Positions 49,967 to 60,837 of a stretch of DNA of 64,000 nt are shown here, one piece after another. The stretch covers positions 832,001 through 896,000 of the forward strand of contig OZ244742.1 in assembly GCA_965219415.1 (NCBI GenBank). The letters run 5' to 3'. Below the pieces are notes generated by a model, which was not told the origin of the DNA, made no database searches, and worked only from the letters and a program-made list of their open reading frames with translations. The position numbers and the translations under genes are program-made. The stretch is from Candidatus Marinacidobacterales bacterium. Its GTDB lineage: Bacteria > Acidobacteriota > Vicinamibacteria > Marinacidobacterales > DATDRI01. The number at the start of each line of letters is the position of its first letter. The first letter of the stretch is position 1.

Positions 49967-51427
49967 TTAGTCGCGCTGGTAGTTGGGGGCTTCCTTAGTG
50001 ATGATGACATCATGGACGTGGCCTTCCCGGTGCCCTGCCTGAGTGACACGCACGAACTTGGCGCGCGTTTTCAACTCTTTGATGTTTCTGCAACCACAAT
50101 AGCCCATGCCCGCCTGCAGCCCACCGACTAGCTGGGTTACGACGCCGGACAAACTCCCCTTGGATGGAACCCGCCCCTCGATCCCCTCCGGAACCAACTT
50201 CGAGGCATCCACCTCTTGCTGGAAATATCGGTCCCGAGTGACATCGCTCATGGCTCCTAGAGAACCCATTCCCCGATAGGTCTTGAACGTGCGGCCCTGG
50301 TACAGGATCGTCTCTCCGGGACTCTCATCGGTGCCGGCAAACAGACCGCCGAGCATGACCGCGTCGGCCCCCGCGGCGATGGCCTTGGTGATATCACCGC
50401 TGAACTTGATTCCCCCGTCCGCGATCAGGGGAACGTCGGACTGGCTCGCAGCACCGGCACAATCGATCACCGCGGTGATCTGAGGTACGCCGGCGCCCGA
50501 GATCACTCGCGTTGTACAGATCGAGCCCGGCCCCATGCCGATCTTCACCGCGTCGGCTCCCGCTTGAACCAAATCACGGGTCGCTTCGCCAGTGCCAACG
50601 TTTCCCGCCACCACCTCAACGTCGGCATGCTTGCTCTTGAGCTTCTCGACGGTCTCCAGGACTTTCTTGCTGTGACCGTGCGCGGTGTCCACCACCAGGG
50701 CATCCACCTGAGCATCTACCAATACGTTGGCTCTCTCTATAGCCTCCTCCCCCACACCGATGGCTGCTGCGCATCGGAGGCGGCCCAACTCATCTTTGCA
50801 GGCAAGAGGGTACTTTATGGCCTTTTGAATATCCTTGACGGTGATCAATCCTTTCAGGTTGTACTCCTCGTCCACCACCAGCAGTTTTTCAACTTTGTGC
50901 TGGTGCAGAATCTCCTTGGCTTCGGCGAGATTCGTTCCAACCGGAACGGTGATCAGATTGTCCTTCGTCATGACGTCGGAGATTAGAAGATCCATTCGGG
51001 TCTCGAATCTGAGGTCGCGGTTGGTGAGAATGCCGACGAGCTTTCCGTCCACCACCACCGGGACACCCGAGAACCGATACTTAGCCATGACCGCCTGCGC
51101 TTCGGCAATGGACCGATCGGGGGTCATGGTAATCGGGTCGACGATCATCCCGCTCTCCGAGCGCTTTACTTTGTCGACCTCGTCCGCTTGTTGCTCCCGA
51201 GTCATGTTGCGGTGAATGACGCCCAGTCCGCCAAGCTGGGCAATAGCGATGGCCAAGCGCGATTCGGTCACGGTGTCCATCCCCGAGCTCACGATGGGGA
51301 TGTTGAGTTGAATGCGACGGCTGAACTTGGTCTTGGTATCGACTTGGGAGGGCAGGACGTCAGACTTCTGGGGGACCAAGAGGACGTCTTCAAAAGTGAG
51401 AGCGATTGGAAACTTGTCGTCGTTCAA
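49967..51427 (-). CDS. guaB: IMP dehydrogenase
   Basis: [11 protein letters not shown] pair, [15 protein letters not shown]. Confidence 0.98.
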   Translation of the reverse strand: MNDDKFPIALTFEDVLLVPQKSDVLPSQVDTKTKFSRRIQLNIPIVSSGMDTVTESRLAIAIAQLGGLGVIHRNMTREQQADEVDKVKRSESGMIVDPITMTPDRSIAEAQAVMAKYRFSGVPVVVDGKLVGILTNRDLRFETRMDLLISDVMTKDNLITVPVGTNLAEAKEILHQHKVEKLLVVDEEYNLKGLITVKDIQKAIKYPLACKDELGRLRCAAAIGVGEEAIERANVLVDAQVDALVVDTAHGHSKKVLETVEKLKSKHADVEVVAGNVGTGEATRDLVQAGADAVKIGMGPGSICTTRVISGAGVPQITAVIDCAGAASQSDVPLIADGGIKFSGDITKAIAAGADAVMLGGLFAGTDESPGETILYQGRTFKTYRGMGSLGAMSDVTRDRYFQQEVDASKLVPEGIEGRVPSKGSLSGVVTQLVGGLQAGMGYCGCRNIKELKTRAKFVRVTQAGHREGHVHDVIITKEAPNYQRD

Positions 51428-51458
51428 GGCTCACGCTCCCTGCTGATAATGCCGCGGA

Positions 51459-54197
51459 CTAGGCGCCGCAGCACTTTTTGAACTTCTTTCCGCTTCCACA
51501 AGGGCAAAGTTGATTCCTACCGACTTTGGCCGCTGATCTTTTGACGGTCTTCACCGCGGCGTTGGCACCGCCTTGTGACTCACGTCTAGCAAACACAGAC
51601 GGCGACGCCCCCGGATCGTTGAACTCCAGTCGCGAAGGGCGTCGGGTCGGTGCGGGCTCGCTGACCCGTTCACGAACTGGCTGCAGAAGGAACAGGTAAC
51701 GAACGATCTCTTCTTCGATGCGATCCCAGGTCGCCTCGAACATCTGGAAACTTTCCTTCTTGTACTCGATGAGGGGATCGCGCTGTGCGTAGCCCCGAAG
51801 CCCGATCCCTTCCTTCAAGTGGTCCATCGCGTAGAGATGGTCCTTCCACTGCGAGTCCACGATCTGGAGCATCACGATGCGCTCGTGAGTACGCATCAGG
51901 TCGGCACCAATAAGAGTTTCCTTCTCTTCGTACTTTTCCTTGAGTTTGGTGCGAAGGGCTTCACGAGTTTCGTCGCGATTGAGCCCGTCCCAATCCAGGC
52001 TCTGCAGCTGCTGGCTATCGAAACCATACTGCCGCCCTAGCTCCCTTTTGAACCCATCCAGCTCCCACTCGCTGGGGTCTGCGTCCTCCAGCAAGAAGCG
52101 GTCGACGTTGAAGTCGAGCAACGCATCGGCTAGCTCCAACACGTACTCTCGCTCGTCCTTCCCTTCCAAGATTTCGCGTCGCAGTCGGTATACAGCCACC
52201 CGCTGCTTGTTCATCACGTCGTCATATTCGAGCAGATGCTTCCGGATGGAGAAGTTCTGGCCTTCCACCTGTTTTTGAGCGCGTTCGATGGCTCGGGTCA
52301 CCATGTTATGCTCGATGGGCGCTCCCTCCTCCATGCCCAGTCTCTGCATCAATCCGCTGATGCGATCGCTTCCGAAGATACGCATCAAATCATCTTCCAG
52401 CGAAAGAAAGAACCTGGAGCTGCCTGGATCGCCCTGCCGACCGGCCCGACCGCGGAGCTGGTTGTCGATGCGACGCGCCTCGTGTCGCTCGGTAGCCAAA
52501 ATGTGGAGCCCTCCTACCGCCACGACCCTATCGTGCGCTTCTGAGACTTGCTTCGTGGCCTTCTTGAACTCTTCCTCCCAAACTCCTTCTTCTGCCTCGC
52601 GGTAGTCCACTCCCTTGTCCTTGAGCGCGGTTCGCGCCATGTACTCCGGGTTGCCTCCCAAGAGAATGTCCGTACCGCGGCCCGCCATGTTGGTGGCGAT
52701 GGTAACCGCGCCACTCCGCCCCGCTTGCGCCACGATTTCGGCCTCCATCTCGTGGTACTTCGCATTCAGCACGACATGCTTCACACCGGAGCGCTTGAGA
52801 AGTTGGGACAGCTTTTCGCTCTTGCCGATGGACGTGGTACCGACCAAAATGGGTCGGCCCGCCCCGCTGAGTTCCTTGATCTCGTCGACCACGGCATTGA
52901 GCTTCTCTCGTTCAGTACGGTAGACGAGATCGGCGTATTCATCACGAATCAGATCTCGGTTCGTTGGCGCCACCACGACTTCCAAGTCGTAAATCTTCTC
53001 GAACTCGGGAGCTTCCGTTTCTGCGGTTCCCGTCATGCCTGCCAACTTCTCGTACATTCGAAAATAATTTTGGAAAGTGATGGTGGCGAGTGTCTGGTTC
53101 TCTCTTTCGATCTTGACGTGCTCTTTCGCTTCGATCGCTTGATGGAGCCCATCGGACCAACGTCGCCCGGGCATCAATCGACCCGTGAACTCGTCGACGA
53201 TGACGACCTGCCCGTCTTTCACCATGTAGTCGACGTCCCGCTTGTACAACGAGTGCGCACGGAGGGCTTGGTAGACGTGATGGAGGATGTGCATCTGAGA
53301 AGGCTCGTAGAGGTTCTCGACTTCCAACAACGATTCACAGTGAGGCACACCGTCCTCGGTCAAGGTGACGGTGCGTGATTTTTCGTCAACGGTGAAATCG
53401 AAGTCTCTTCGGAGTTTGGGAATGATGCGGTCGATCTGGTAGTACAGGTCGGTCGACTCCTCCGCCGGTCCGCTGATGATCAGCGGGGTGCGGGCCTCGT
53501 CGATGAGAATCGAATCCACCTCGTCCACGATAGCGAAGTTGAAGAGTTTTTCGACCTCTTTGCCGTCTCTGTCCTTGGTAGTGCGAGGAAAAATTCGATG
53601 CACGAAGAGCGAAGGGTCGAACTTCATGTTGTCGCGTAGGTAGTCGAACCCGAACTCGTTGTTGGTGCCGTAGGTCACGTCCGCCCGGTAGGCGCGTTGC
53701 CGATCGGCATCCGTGAAGTCGTGCTGGATGGTATCCACCGTAAGGCCGAGAAACTTATAGAGCGTACCCATCCACTCCGCGTCCCGACGAGCGAGGTAGT
53801 CGTTCACGGTTACGACGTGCACGCCCTTGCCAGCAAGAGAGTTGAGGTAAACCGGGAGCGTGGCGACAAGGGTCTTACCCTCCCCGGTCTTCATCTCGGC
53901 GACCTTCCCCTGATGGAGCACCATCCCGCCGATGAGTTGGACGTCGAAGTGACGCATGTGGAGCACGCGACGACCGACTTCCCGGCAAGCCGCGAAGGCC
54001 TCGGGCAAGAGGTCATCGAGAGATTCGCCACGAGTTACCCTCTCCCGGAACTGGGGAGTCCTTGCCGCCAACTCCGAATCGGAGAGGGCTTGCATCTGCG
54101 GTTCGAGCTCGTTGATAACAGTGACCCGCGGTCGGAGCCGCTTGAGCTCGCGCTCGTTCTTGCTCCCGATTATTTTGGTGAGAATACTGTTATACAT
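51459..54197 (-). CDS. secA: Preprotein translocase SecA
   Basis: [57 protein letters not shown]. Confidence 0.99.
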   Translation of the reverse strand: MYNSILTKIIGSKNERELKRLRPRVTVINELEPQMQALSDSELAARTPQFRERVTRGESLDDLLPEAFAACREVGRRVLHMRHFDVQLIGGMVLHQGKVAEMKTGEGKTLVATLPVYLNSLAGKGVHVVTVNDYLARRDAEWMGTLYKFLGLTVDTIQHDFTDADRQRAYRADVTYGTNNEFGFDYLRDNMKFDPSLFVHRIFPRTTKDRDGKEVEKLFNFAIVDEVDSILIDEARTPLIISGPAEESTDLYYQIDRIIPKLRRDFDFTVDEKSRTVTLTEDGVPHCESLLEVENLYEPSQMHILHHVYQALRAHSLYKRDVDYMVKDGQVVIVDEFTGRLMPGRRWSDGLHQAIEAKEHVKIERENQTLATITFQNYFRMYEKLAGMTGTAETEAPEFEKIYDLEVVVAPTNRDLIRDEYADLVYRTEREKLNAVVDEIKELSGAGRPILVGTTSIGKSEKLSQLLKRSGVKHVVLNAKYHEMEAEIVAQAGRSGAVTIATNMAGRGTDILLGGNPEYMARTALKDKGVDYREAEEGVWEEEFKKATKQVSEAHDRVVAVGGLHILATERHEARRIDNQLRGRAGRQGDPGSSRFFLSLEDDLMRIFGSDRISGLMQRLGMEEGAPIEHNMVTRAIERAQKQVEGQNFSIRKHLLEYDDVMNKQRVAVYRLRREILEGKDEREYVLELADALLDFNVDRFLLEDADPSEWELDGFKRELGRQYGFDSQQLQSLDWDGLNRDETREALRTKLKEKYEEKETLIGADLMRTHERIVMLQIVDSQWKDHLYAMDHLKEGIGLRGYAQRDPLIEYKKESFQMFEATWDRIEEEIVRYLFLLQPVRERVSEPAPTRRPSRLEFNDPGASPSVFARRESQGGANAAVKTVKRSAAKVGRNQLCPCGSGKKFKKCCGA

Positions 54198-54236
54198 AAG
54201 AAGTAATTGGCCTTTTGCTCCGATTGATAGTCCGCC

Positions 54237-54265
54237 AGTCTAGCAAATGGCCGGAGGCTAATCAA
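54237..54265 (-). promoter_or_regulatory. sigma70-type promoter for secA
   Basis: TTGATT, 17 nt, TAGACT with TGn on minus strand. Confidence 0.55.
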
Positions 54266-54299
54266 CATCTCCCGGCCTGGCGGACGAACGGCCTGGTGA

Positions 54300-54363
54300 T
54301 AGTAAAACAGTGAGCAGTAATCAGTACTGTACTGATTGCCGATAACTGATAACTGGTTACTTT
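54300..54363. repeat. Heptamer-built imperfect palindrome
   Basis: CAGTGAG-CAGTAAT-CAGTAC followed by ACTGATT..ACTGATA-ACTGGTT. Confidence 0.6.
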
Positions 54364-54373
54364 CGTGGGGGAA

Positions 54374-55144
54374 CTAAAAGTCGATGTCTTTCACGACCTC
54401 GAACCAGGTCTCGGCGATGAGCTTGTAGCCGTTGTCGTTAGGGTGAAGCCCGTCGCTCCCCAGAAGCGAGGCTGCGTCGTTGCGGAAAGCGATCTCGTGT
54501 CCGGCAACCGGAACCCGCTCCGCGTTCGCTTCTTGACGAATGATGGTATTGAGGCGTGCCACATTCTCCGGGGCAAGGGCGCGGAACCCTTCAGGATCCA
54601 TGGGAGGATAGGTTCCGATCACGACCGCAGCTCCATCGCGCTGAATCATTCGCATCATCGCGACGAGGTTCTCGCGTAGCCGAGTGAACCGAGCCTTATC
54701 GTTCGTGTTGATATCGACGACGCCCAGCCATAACAGAACCAAGTCGGGGTTGTGAATGCGGAGTTCGTTTGGAAGCCGCGTCAGCCCCTCGTTGCTATCC
54801 CCTCCCCCACGGCTGGAATTGACCATTGTCAGCTTTCCATCCAGCTCGTCCTCCAAAAGGCGCTGCAGCTTGGGAACGTAGCCTTCAATCTGGGATAGGG
54901 TCGCGAATCCGGGCGCCGCCCGGCTCGTCGTACCGAAAGTCAAACTATCGCCCAAACATAGGATCGTCCTCTTGGCACCTTCCCGCGTAGGTATGGCGGA
55001 GACTTGGCCGAGCGAGCCTGAGCTGGACGCGTCGGGCCCCACTGCAGACGGAGCCAAGGGCGCGGCACTAGGGCCGCATCCCACCGCCGCGAAAGCAGAG
55101 ATGGTAGCGAGCCCGAGGATCGTGGGAACAGCGGGAAGCTTCAA
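54374..55144 (-). CDS. SGNH/GDSL hydrolase lipoprotein
   Basis: LGDSLTFG, DGLHPN; lipobox AVGC; RBS AGGAG before TTG 55144. Confidence 0.85.
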   Translation of the reverse strand: MKLPAVPTILGLATISAFAAVGCGPSAAPLAPSAVGPDASSSGSLGQVSAIPTREGAKRTILCLGDSLTFGTTSRAAPGFATLSQIEGYVPKLQRLLEDELDGKLTMVNSSRGGGDSNEGLTRLPNELRIHNPDLVLLWLGVVDINTNDKARFTRLRENLVAMMRMIQRDGAAVVIGTYPPMDPEGFRALAPENVARLNTIIRQEANAERVPVAGHEIAFRNDAASLLGSDGLHPNDNGYKLIAETWFEVVKDIDF

Positions 55145-55220
55145 TGAAGTGTCTCCTGGGTGCACTGAACGGCGAAGCAACGTACGGAAAGACGAAGGCA
55201 GCGTAGTGGGTCCGCTCGAG

Positions 55221-56162
55221 TTATGGTCCCCCGGCCGATCTGGTACCGCGGCCTGAAACCGAGAAGTTCTTACTATACTCGAGAATGTAGTTGAGCGGGT
55301 GCGTCGGGCGATCGGACACCCAAATCTCGTAGTGGAGGTGCGGCCCGTTGCTCCTCCCGGTGCTGCCAACGTAACCGACGACATCCCCCCTCTTCACCCT
55401 TTTCCCTGGGCGCACGTTGAAGCGAGAGAGATGCGCGTAACGGGTCATCATCCCAAACTTGTGGTCGATAACGATGACGTTGCCGTAGCTTCCACGCTTC
55501 CCCGCGTAGAGCACAACCCCGTCGGCCGGGGCCACTACCGACCGTCCAATGGGAGTCGAGACATCGATTCCATGATGAAACTCGCGCTCACCAGTGAACG
55601 GATCGCGGCGACGACCGTACGACGATGATAAGTAACCGCGCACCGGCCATATTGACGGCGTCGAGGCAAGCATGAGGGAATGCTCTTCGTAGAATCTCTC
55701 CAAGACGCGGCCTTTTTCGTCGAGAGCGGTCAAGTCGCTGGCCATTTGATGAAGACTGCCCTTGACTTGCTCGTAGGCGCTCGCTGGCGAGGCGCCGTCC
55801 TCGTCCCGAAATCCACCCATTCCGGCGCCCGATTCGGCCGTCAACTCCGTGCCTAGCCCCGCCATCACCGAAAGCTTCTTGACGAAATCCTGGAGGGAAG
55901 TGACTCGATTGTTCAGATGCTCGACTGAGACTTCGTAGTCCAGGTTTTGTCGTCGCAGCTCGGCATTGATCATTCTCAATCGCCGGAGCTCCCGCATGTC
56001 CCCGTAGAACTCCACGTAGTGAAAAGTCAACGCTCCAGCAACGATGGCGACCAGACCAAGGAAAGAACCTAGAAGAATAGCGGTACGCTTAGATAGATGA
56101 ATCTTGCGGAACTTCGCCTCCGCATGCGGCACTAAGATGAACGTATAAAATCGTTTAGCCAT
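55221..56162 (-). CDS. M23 family metallopeptidase (coiled coil + LytM domain)
   Basis: HHGID, YAHL, GPHLHYE. Confidence 0.93.
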   Translation of the reverse strand: MAKRFYTFILVPHAEAKFRKIHLSKRTAILLGSFLGLVAIVAGALTFHYVEFYGDMRELRRLRMINAELRRQNLDYEVSVEHLNNRVTSLQDFVKKLSVMAGLGTELTAESGAGMGGFRDEDGASPASAYEQVKGSLHQMASDLTALDEKGRVLERFYEEHSLMLASTPSIWPVRGYLSSSYGRRRDPFTGEREFHHGIDVSTPIGRSVVAPADGVVLYAGKRGSYGNVIVIDHKFGMMTRYAHLSRFNVRPGKRVKRGDVVGYVGSTGRSNGPHLHYEIWVSDRPTHPLNYILEYSKNFSVSGRGTRSAGGP

Positions 56163-56339
56163 ACCACCGACCTCTCGCGGTTGGCTCCTTCAAGAGAACA
56201 ATTGGCCCACAATGCACAAAAAAACGCCCTTTTTCCTACTACAGCCGTGAGACAGCTGTCAAGCCAAAAAGAAGAACCCCAATTCTTCAGAGGTTCCGAC
56301 CAGGTTCTTCCTTAGATGCTCCGCAAGGCGCGTGCCCCC

Positions 56340-57731
56340 TCAAGACACGTAGCCCAGGGTCTTCAGTTCTTTCAAAATGTCCTCGTCGACGGGGCTTCGG
56401 CGGGGCTTCCCTCCACGCATGCCGGTGTCGTGAGTCGGGGTCCACTCCACGGGCCTCTCCGCAAGTAGCTCAGGGGCTAGGACTTCGACTAGGACCCTGC
56501 CGTCCATATCCTCCCCGACGGGCAGTCCCAGGAGATAGAGAGCGGTTGGCGAAACATCGAACACCGTCGCGTTGGTGAGCCGGGCACCGCCTCGGATCGG
56601 CGGACCCCATAGGAAAATCACCCCAGGAGGGGCCAGAGTCTCCACACTTCCCGGTGACCTCACTCCCGCCTGACCCAGAGCGTAGTGATAAAAGCCGTAG
56701 TTGCGGAACTGAAACCCGTGATCGGAAACCACGATTACGACGGTGTCTGGCCCGGCCGTGGCCATCATCCGCCCCAGCCGGCGGTCTTCGTGGACGTAAA
56801 CCGCCTCCAAGACAGCGGCGTAGGCTTCGTTCATCGCCCGCTCGACTTCCGGAGTGAGCGGTAGCTTTTCCTCCCTGAGGTGCTGGTACACCTGGGTGGC
56901 CAATCGCACATCGATGAATCGCCACAGGAAGTGTGAAAAAATATCCGCATTCCGGAAGATCACACCAAAGAGATCCCTTTGTCCCCGGGTCTCCATGAGG
57001 TGGTTGGCAACTCTCTCGACGAGCATATCCTCGGCGAAGAGTCCGACCGAAGCCTGAAATCGCCCCCTGAAAACCTCGGAAGGACGAAAGACGCTCGACG
57101 CGAGCTCATCCGAATACACTGGGATTCCCGCCGCCCTCATCTCCTGGTGAAGCCGGTCGTCGCCGAGTCCGACGAGCGGTTCCAGCTCGTCATAAAGAGT
57201 TGCTGGGTACGTCGATTTATCGATGCGAGTCTTACCTGCCTTCGTGAAATGATTTGAGACCATCTCACCATTCACGTGTTCCGCTGGCCAGGTCGCCCAC
57301 CAGTTGATCAGTTGTACGCTCCTGCCAGCCGCGGTGGCAATATTCCAAAGCGCCTCAGTGCGCCTCTGGTTTCCCGTTGTCAGAAGCCTCTCGTGGCCAT
57401 CGTCGGACAGCACCATCCAATCGATGATGCCGTGCTTTTCCATGCGCTTGCCGGTGGCGATGGAAGTCCAAATCACATTCGACTTCGTAGGCTTGAAGGT
57501 ACGGCAGGGGCCATAGGCTCCTTCCCGATGGAGCCGCCCGAAGTTCGGGAGCTTGCCCTGCGACATCAGGGAGTGGAGAAACTCGGGATCCATTCCATCG
57601 AAGCCGAGAATGATGACTCGATAAGGCGACGCCGCCCTCGGTTCGATTCGATCGGCTCGCTGAACGGCGACGTCGAGATATAGAAATAGGCCGGAAAGGA
57701 GAACGACGACTACAGCGTACGCCTTCTTCAT
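56340..57731 (-). CDS. Alkaline phosphatase superfamily (type I phosphodiesterase-like) protein
   Basis: GFDGMD, PTKS..IWTSIATG, VSDHGF, C-terminal LKTLGY. Confidence 0.85.
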   Translation of the reverse strand: MKKAYAVVVVLLSGLFLYLDVAVQRADRIEPRAASPYRVIILGFDGMDPEFLHSLMSQGKLPNFGRLHREGAYGPCRTFKPTKSNVIWTSIATGKRMEKHGIIDWMVLSDDGHERLLTTGNQRRTEALWNIATAAGRSVQLINWWATWPAEHVNGEMVSNHFTKAGKTRIDKSTYPATLYDELEPLVGLGDDRLHQEMRAAGIPVYSDELASSVFRPSEVFRGRFQASVGLFAEDMLVERVANHLMETRGQRDLFGVIFRNADIFSHFLWRFIDVRLATQVYQHLREEKLPLTPEVERAMNEAYAAVLEAVYVHEDRRLGRMMATAGPDTVVIVVSDHGFQFRNYGFYHYALGQAGVRSPGSVETLAPPGVIFLWGPPIRGGARLTNATVFDVSPTALYLLGLPVGEDMDGRVLVEVLAPELLAERPVEWTPTHDTGMRGGKPRRSPVDEDILKELKTLGYVS

Positions 57732-57786
57732 TGGTGTCTCATTGGTCTTGAGTCTTGGCCCGGCGACGAACCGGGGGGATACGATC

Positions 57787-58152
57787 CTACACCAACCGGC
57801 GGTAATTCATCCTAGGAACGTCCTCCGCTGTCCACTCCGGAGAGGCGTGGTTCTCGAGCTTCTCGAGACATCGCGCGGCGGCGATGATGAGGCTCTCCAC
57901 ATCGAGTCCTTCCCAATGCGGGCGAAACGGCTGGAGGGCGCGCACTCCCTGATCGAGCTGGCTCACTGCTCCTTTCCGGTTGCCCGCCGCAACGTGGTAC
58001 ATGCCGACTGCGATGTGTATCAACGCTTGCAGGAAATCGCGTTCCTGCCCACGGGCTCCCGTCCAGGCATCCTCGAGGATGTCATGGCACTCGAAATACA
58101 GCTTTCGATTGAAGAGAGCGACTGCCTCGGCGAGGACATTTTCGTCGAGCAT
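57787..58152 (-). CDS. DUF309 domain protein
   Basis: LFN...YFECHD.LE..W, QALIH.AVG.YH. Confidence 0.88.
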   Translation of the reverse strand: MLDENVLAEAVALFNRKLYFECHDILEDAWTGARGQERDFLQALIHIAVGMYHVAAGNRKGAVSQLDQGVRALQPFRPHWEGLDVESLIIAAARCLEKLENHASPEWTAEDVPRMNYRRLV

Positions 58153-58171
58153 TGGCAGATGCTAACACCTG

Positions 58172-60163
58172 CTACGCTTGCCGACTCTCCAGGATACGGT
58201 ACTGGATGGCCTCGTGAAGATGCGATTCCTTAATACTCCCACCCCCTTCTAAATCGGCCATCGTTCGCGCCACCTTGAGTATCCGGTCGAACGCACGAGC
58301 CGACAGGCCCAAGCTGTCCACCGCTCGGCGTATCGAGATCTTTCCGGTGCGGCTCAACTCGCAGAACCGCGTCACTTCCGGTGGCGACATCCAAGCGTTG
58401 AGACGATGATCGGAGCCTGCGAAGCGTTCCATCTGCAATTCCCTGGCGCTCATCACTCGGTCCCGGACAACCGAGGAGTCAAGCCCATTCTTAGTTGAAA
58501 CTCTCCACGGCTCACGTTTAAGCGACCTTCTTCTTCGATACGGTTGATGTCTTCGCCTCGATCTTCAGTTCCCGCTTGAGAGCTTCGCGAAGCTTGGGAA
58601 GATGGCGGTAGCCCACCACCTTCCTCAAGCGCGGTTCGATGTCTACGAGCGCCGTTGCCAACCAGCGCTGGCGTTGGCTCGAGTTCTTCCAGTGGTCGAC
58701 CTTCGCGCAGCGTTCCTCGACGAGAGCATTGACGGACTCAAGGCAGTTCGTCGTCTTGAACGAACGGCCCAGCACCGCGTGCACGCCGAGTCGATGCAAC
58801 GTCAGCGTCTCCTCGAGGCCTTCCTCCAGGCTGCCAGCTGCGGATTGGTTCCGCTCTTCTAACTCACCGTGGAGTTGCTCGAGCGCAGTGAGGGCCTCTT
58901 CGTACTCCGGCCTGTTGTAGGCCCACTGGAGCCGCTTGCGCCATGACGCCTACTCGCCCTTGGACAGGTAGCTCACTACGTTTTCACGTTTGTGCCACTG
59001 GCAGCGTTGTATCAGGGCCCGCTTACGGAATGCCTTCTTGACTGCCGCTTGGAGACCCTTGCCGCCGTCGATGATCACCAGCAGACCCTGGGAGATATCG
59101 AGTCCCCGCTCGAGCAGTGAACGCAGGAACGGCGTCAACACCTGCGCGTTCTCCGTGTCCGTCTCCACGAAGCCCAAGAAGCGTTTTTCCCCGCAAAGCG
59201 TGATGCCCAGAGCCACGACCATCGTTGCCTCGGCGAATGTCTTCCCATCCAGAAACAGCGCCACCACATCCTCGCCGGTCAGATCCCGTTCCTGCATCTC
59301 CCGCAGCTTCGCAGCGCTCGCTTGCACGAACCCTCGGGACACCGTTGAGCTCGACAGCCCGATGGCGCCCGGAATCGCTTCCGCTGCCGCCTCGTAGTTG
59401 CGACAAGAGATTCCGTAGAGAACTCGTTTCAGCAGAAGATCATTCACCTCACCGCCGTGGCTCACCGCCTCGTAGCAGCGAAGCGGAATCTCTCCTCCCT
59501 CGATGCTCCGAACCCGTGGCACACGGATCGGTACCCGGCGACCAACTCGAGAGCCCGTTTTGCTTGGTACTGGGCCTTTACGTCCGCGAGATCGCGCAAC
59601 GGTTTCCGCCTCGACCAATACGTCCCGTTTGTTGGCCGGGGCGCTGGAAGGTTCTCCGCGGACAGGAGGTCCACCACCTCGCGGAGAGAACCCACCGAGT
59701 ACACCGCCAGACCATCCACCATGGCCGCCTCGACTCCGTTCGCGTGCGGCACCACCGCCATCCGAACTCCTTCCGATCGAGCCTCGACCGCCACCGGAAG
59801 TACCCCTCTCACCGGACGAAGCGTCCCATCGAGGGCCAGCTCGCCCATCAAGAGCGTGCCGCTAAGTCGGCTGGTGGGCACGTGATCCCTCGCCGCCAAA
59901 AGCCCGATAGCGACCGCGAGGTCGAAACCGGCACCTTGTTTTGGAACCTCCGCCGGCGCGAGGCTAAGCGTGATCCGCCCTCCCGGATATTCGAAGCCAC
60001 TCGTTCGGAGCGCGGCGCGCACCCTTTCGCGGGCCTCCCGGACCGATGTGTCCGGCAGGCCCACGGTGCGGAAGGACGGCACCCCGTCACTCAGGTAGAC
60101 TTCCACCCGCACCAAGAGTCCTTCAATGCCTCGGGTCGCCCCGGTTGCCGTACGTGCGAACAC
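58172..60163 (-). pseudogene. comM: ComM/YifB Mg-chelatase-like AAA ATPase disrupted by IS256 and deletion
   Basis: 5' part VGLPDTSVREARERV, DLAVAIG, GELALDG, ends at AKRALELVA; 3' part LSARAFDRILKVARTMADL..EAIQYR; central Walker motifs are missing. Confidence 0.9.
58476..59537 (-). mobile_element. Decayed IS256-family element (left end deleted, premature stop)
   Basis: Right end TTTCAACTAAGAATGGGCTTGACTC; transposase GISCR, LDGK, IDGGKG, QRCQWHK, TTNCLES with in-frame TAG at 58950-52. Confidence 0.9.
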
Positions 60164-60259
60164 ATTCGAGGAGACGAGAAAAACGGTCAGAAACCTCCCT
60201 CGAAGAACGCGCCGGCCCGATTTCCGGAGCTCGATTAAGAATGGAAAATAGGAAAGGAG

Positions 60260-60649
60260 CTAAGTGGCAGTCTCGATATCTAGCGTGGCTACGACTGGAT
60301 AGCCGTTCCGGCACTGGAACACTTCGCGAAAGATGCGGTTTGCCAGGTCGGCACCTAAGTTGGTATCGGTGCCCACTTGAAGCAGGTAGGAAGTCTCGGT
60401 CTTGGTAACCGCCTCCATTCCTTCGAGGTCGGTGAGCTTTTGCTGCTCCTCGCCAGACATGCTCACCCGTGGCAGATCGAAGGTAAGTCCTTCCCCCATA
60501 TTGTAGGTGAGTTGGAGAAATTTGCCGCCGTCAGTCTCGAAAATCACGAACCCCTCTTCCGCACCGACCGCACCGGCCTTGATCAATTCGTCCATGGCGG
60601 ACTTCAGATGTTTCTCGTGCTCGGTTTTGAACTCTTTTGCCGCTTCCAT
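60260..60649 (-). CDS. Hypothetical acidic protein
   Basis: 129-aa ORF with RBS GAGG and an upstream promoter; FVIFE...FLQ alpha/beta pattern. Confidence 0.7.
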   Translation of the reverse strand: MEAAKEFKTEHEKHLKSAMDELIKAGAVGAEEGFVIFETDGGKFLQLTYNMGEGLTFDLPRVSMSGEEQQKLTDLEGMEAVTKTETSYLLQVGTDTNLGADLANRIFREVFQCRNGYPVVATLDIETAT

Positions 60650-60757
60650 GCCTCACCAACTCTTCATTCCTTCGGAGAGTGAAGGCACAAGGCGTTACCT
60701 TGAGCATTAAGGGGTTCGTACTCTTCCGGTCGAGGACCTTCACGCGAAGCTGCCACG

Positions 60758-60786
60758 AACCTACCACCGGACCAGGGGCGTGTCAA
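60758..60786 (-). promoter_or_regulatory. sigma70-type promoter
   Basis: TTGACA, 17 nt, TAGGTT with TGn. Confidence 0.6.
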
Positions 60787-60837
60787 GACCGGCCTCCTCC
60801 CCCCCGAGTGTGAGTCATCTGTCCCACGCAATGTCGC

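Noticed and set aside
58950-58952. UAG recoding (pyrrolysine or readthrough) in the IS256 transposase
   Set aside because: The element has also lost its left end; CAG to TAG decay is simpler.
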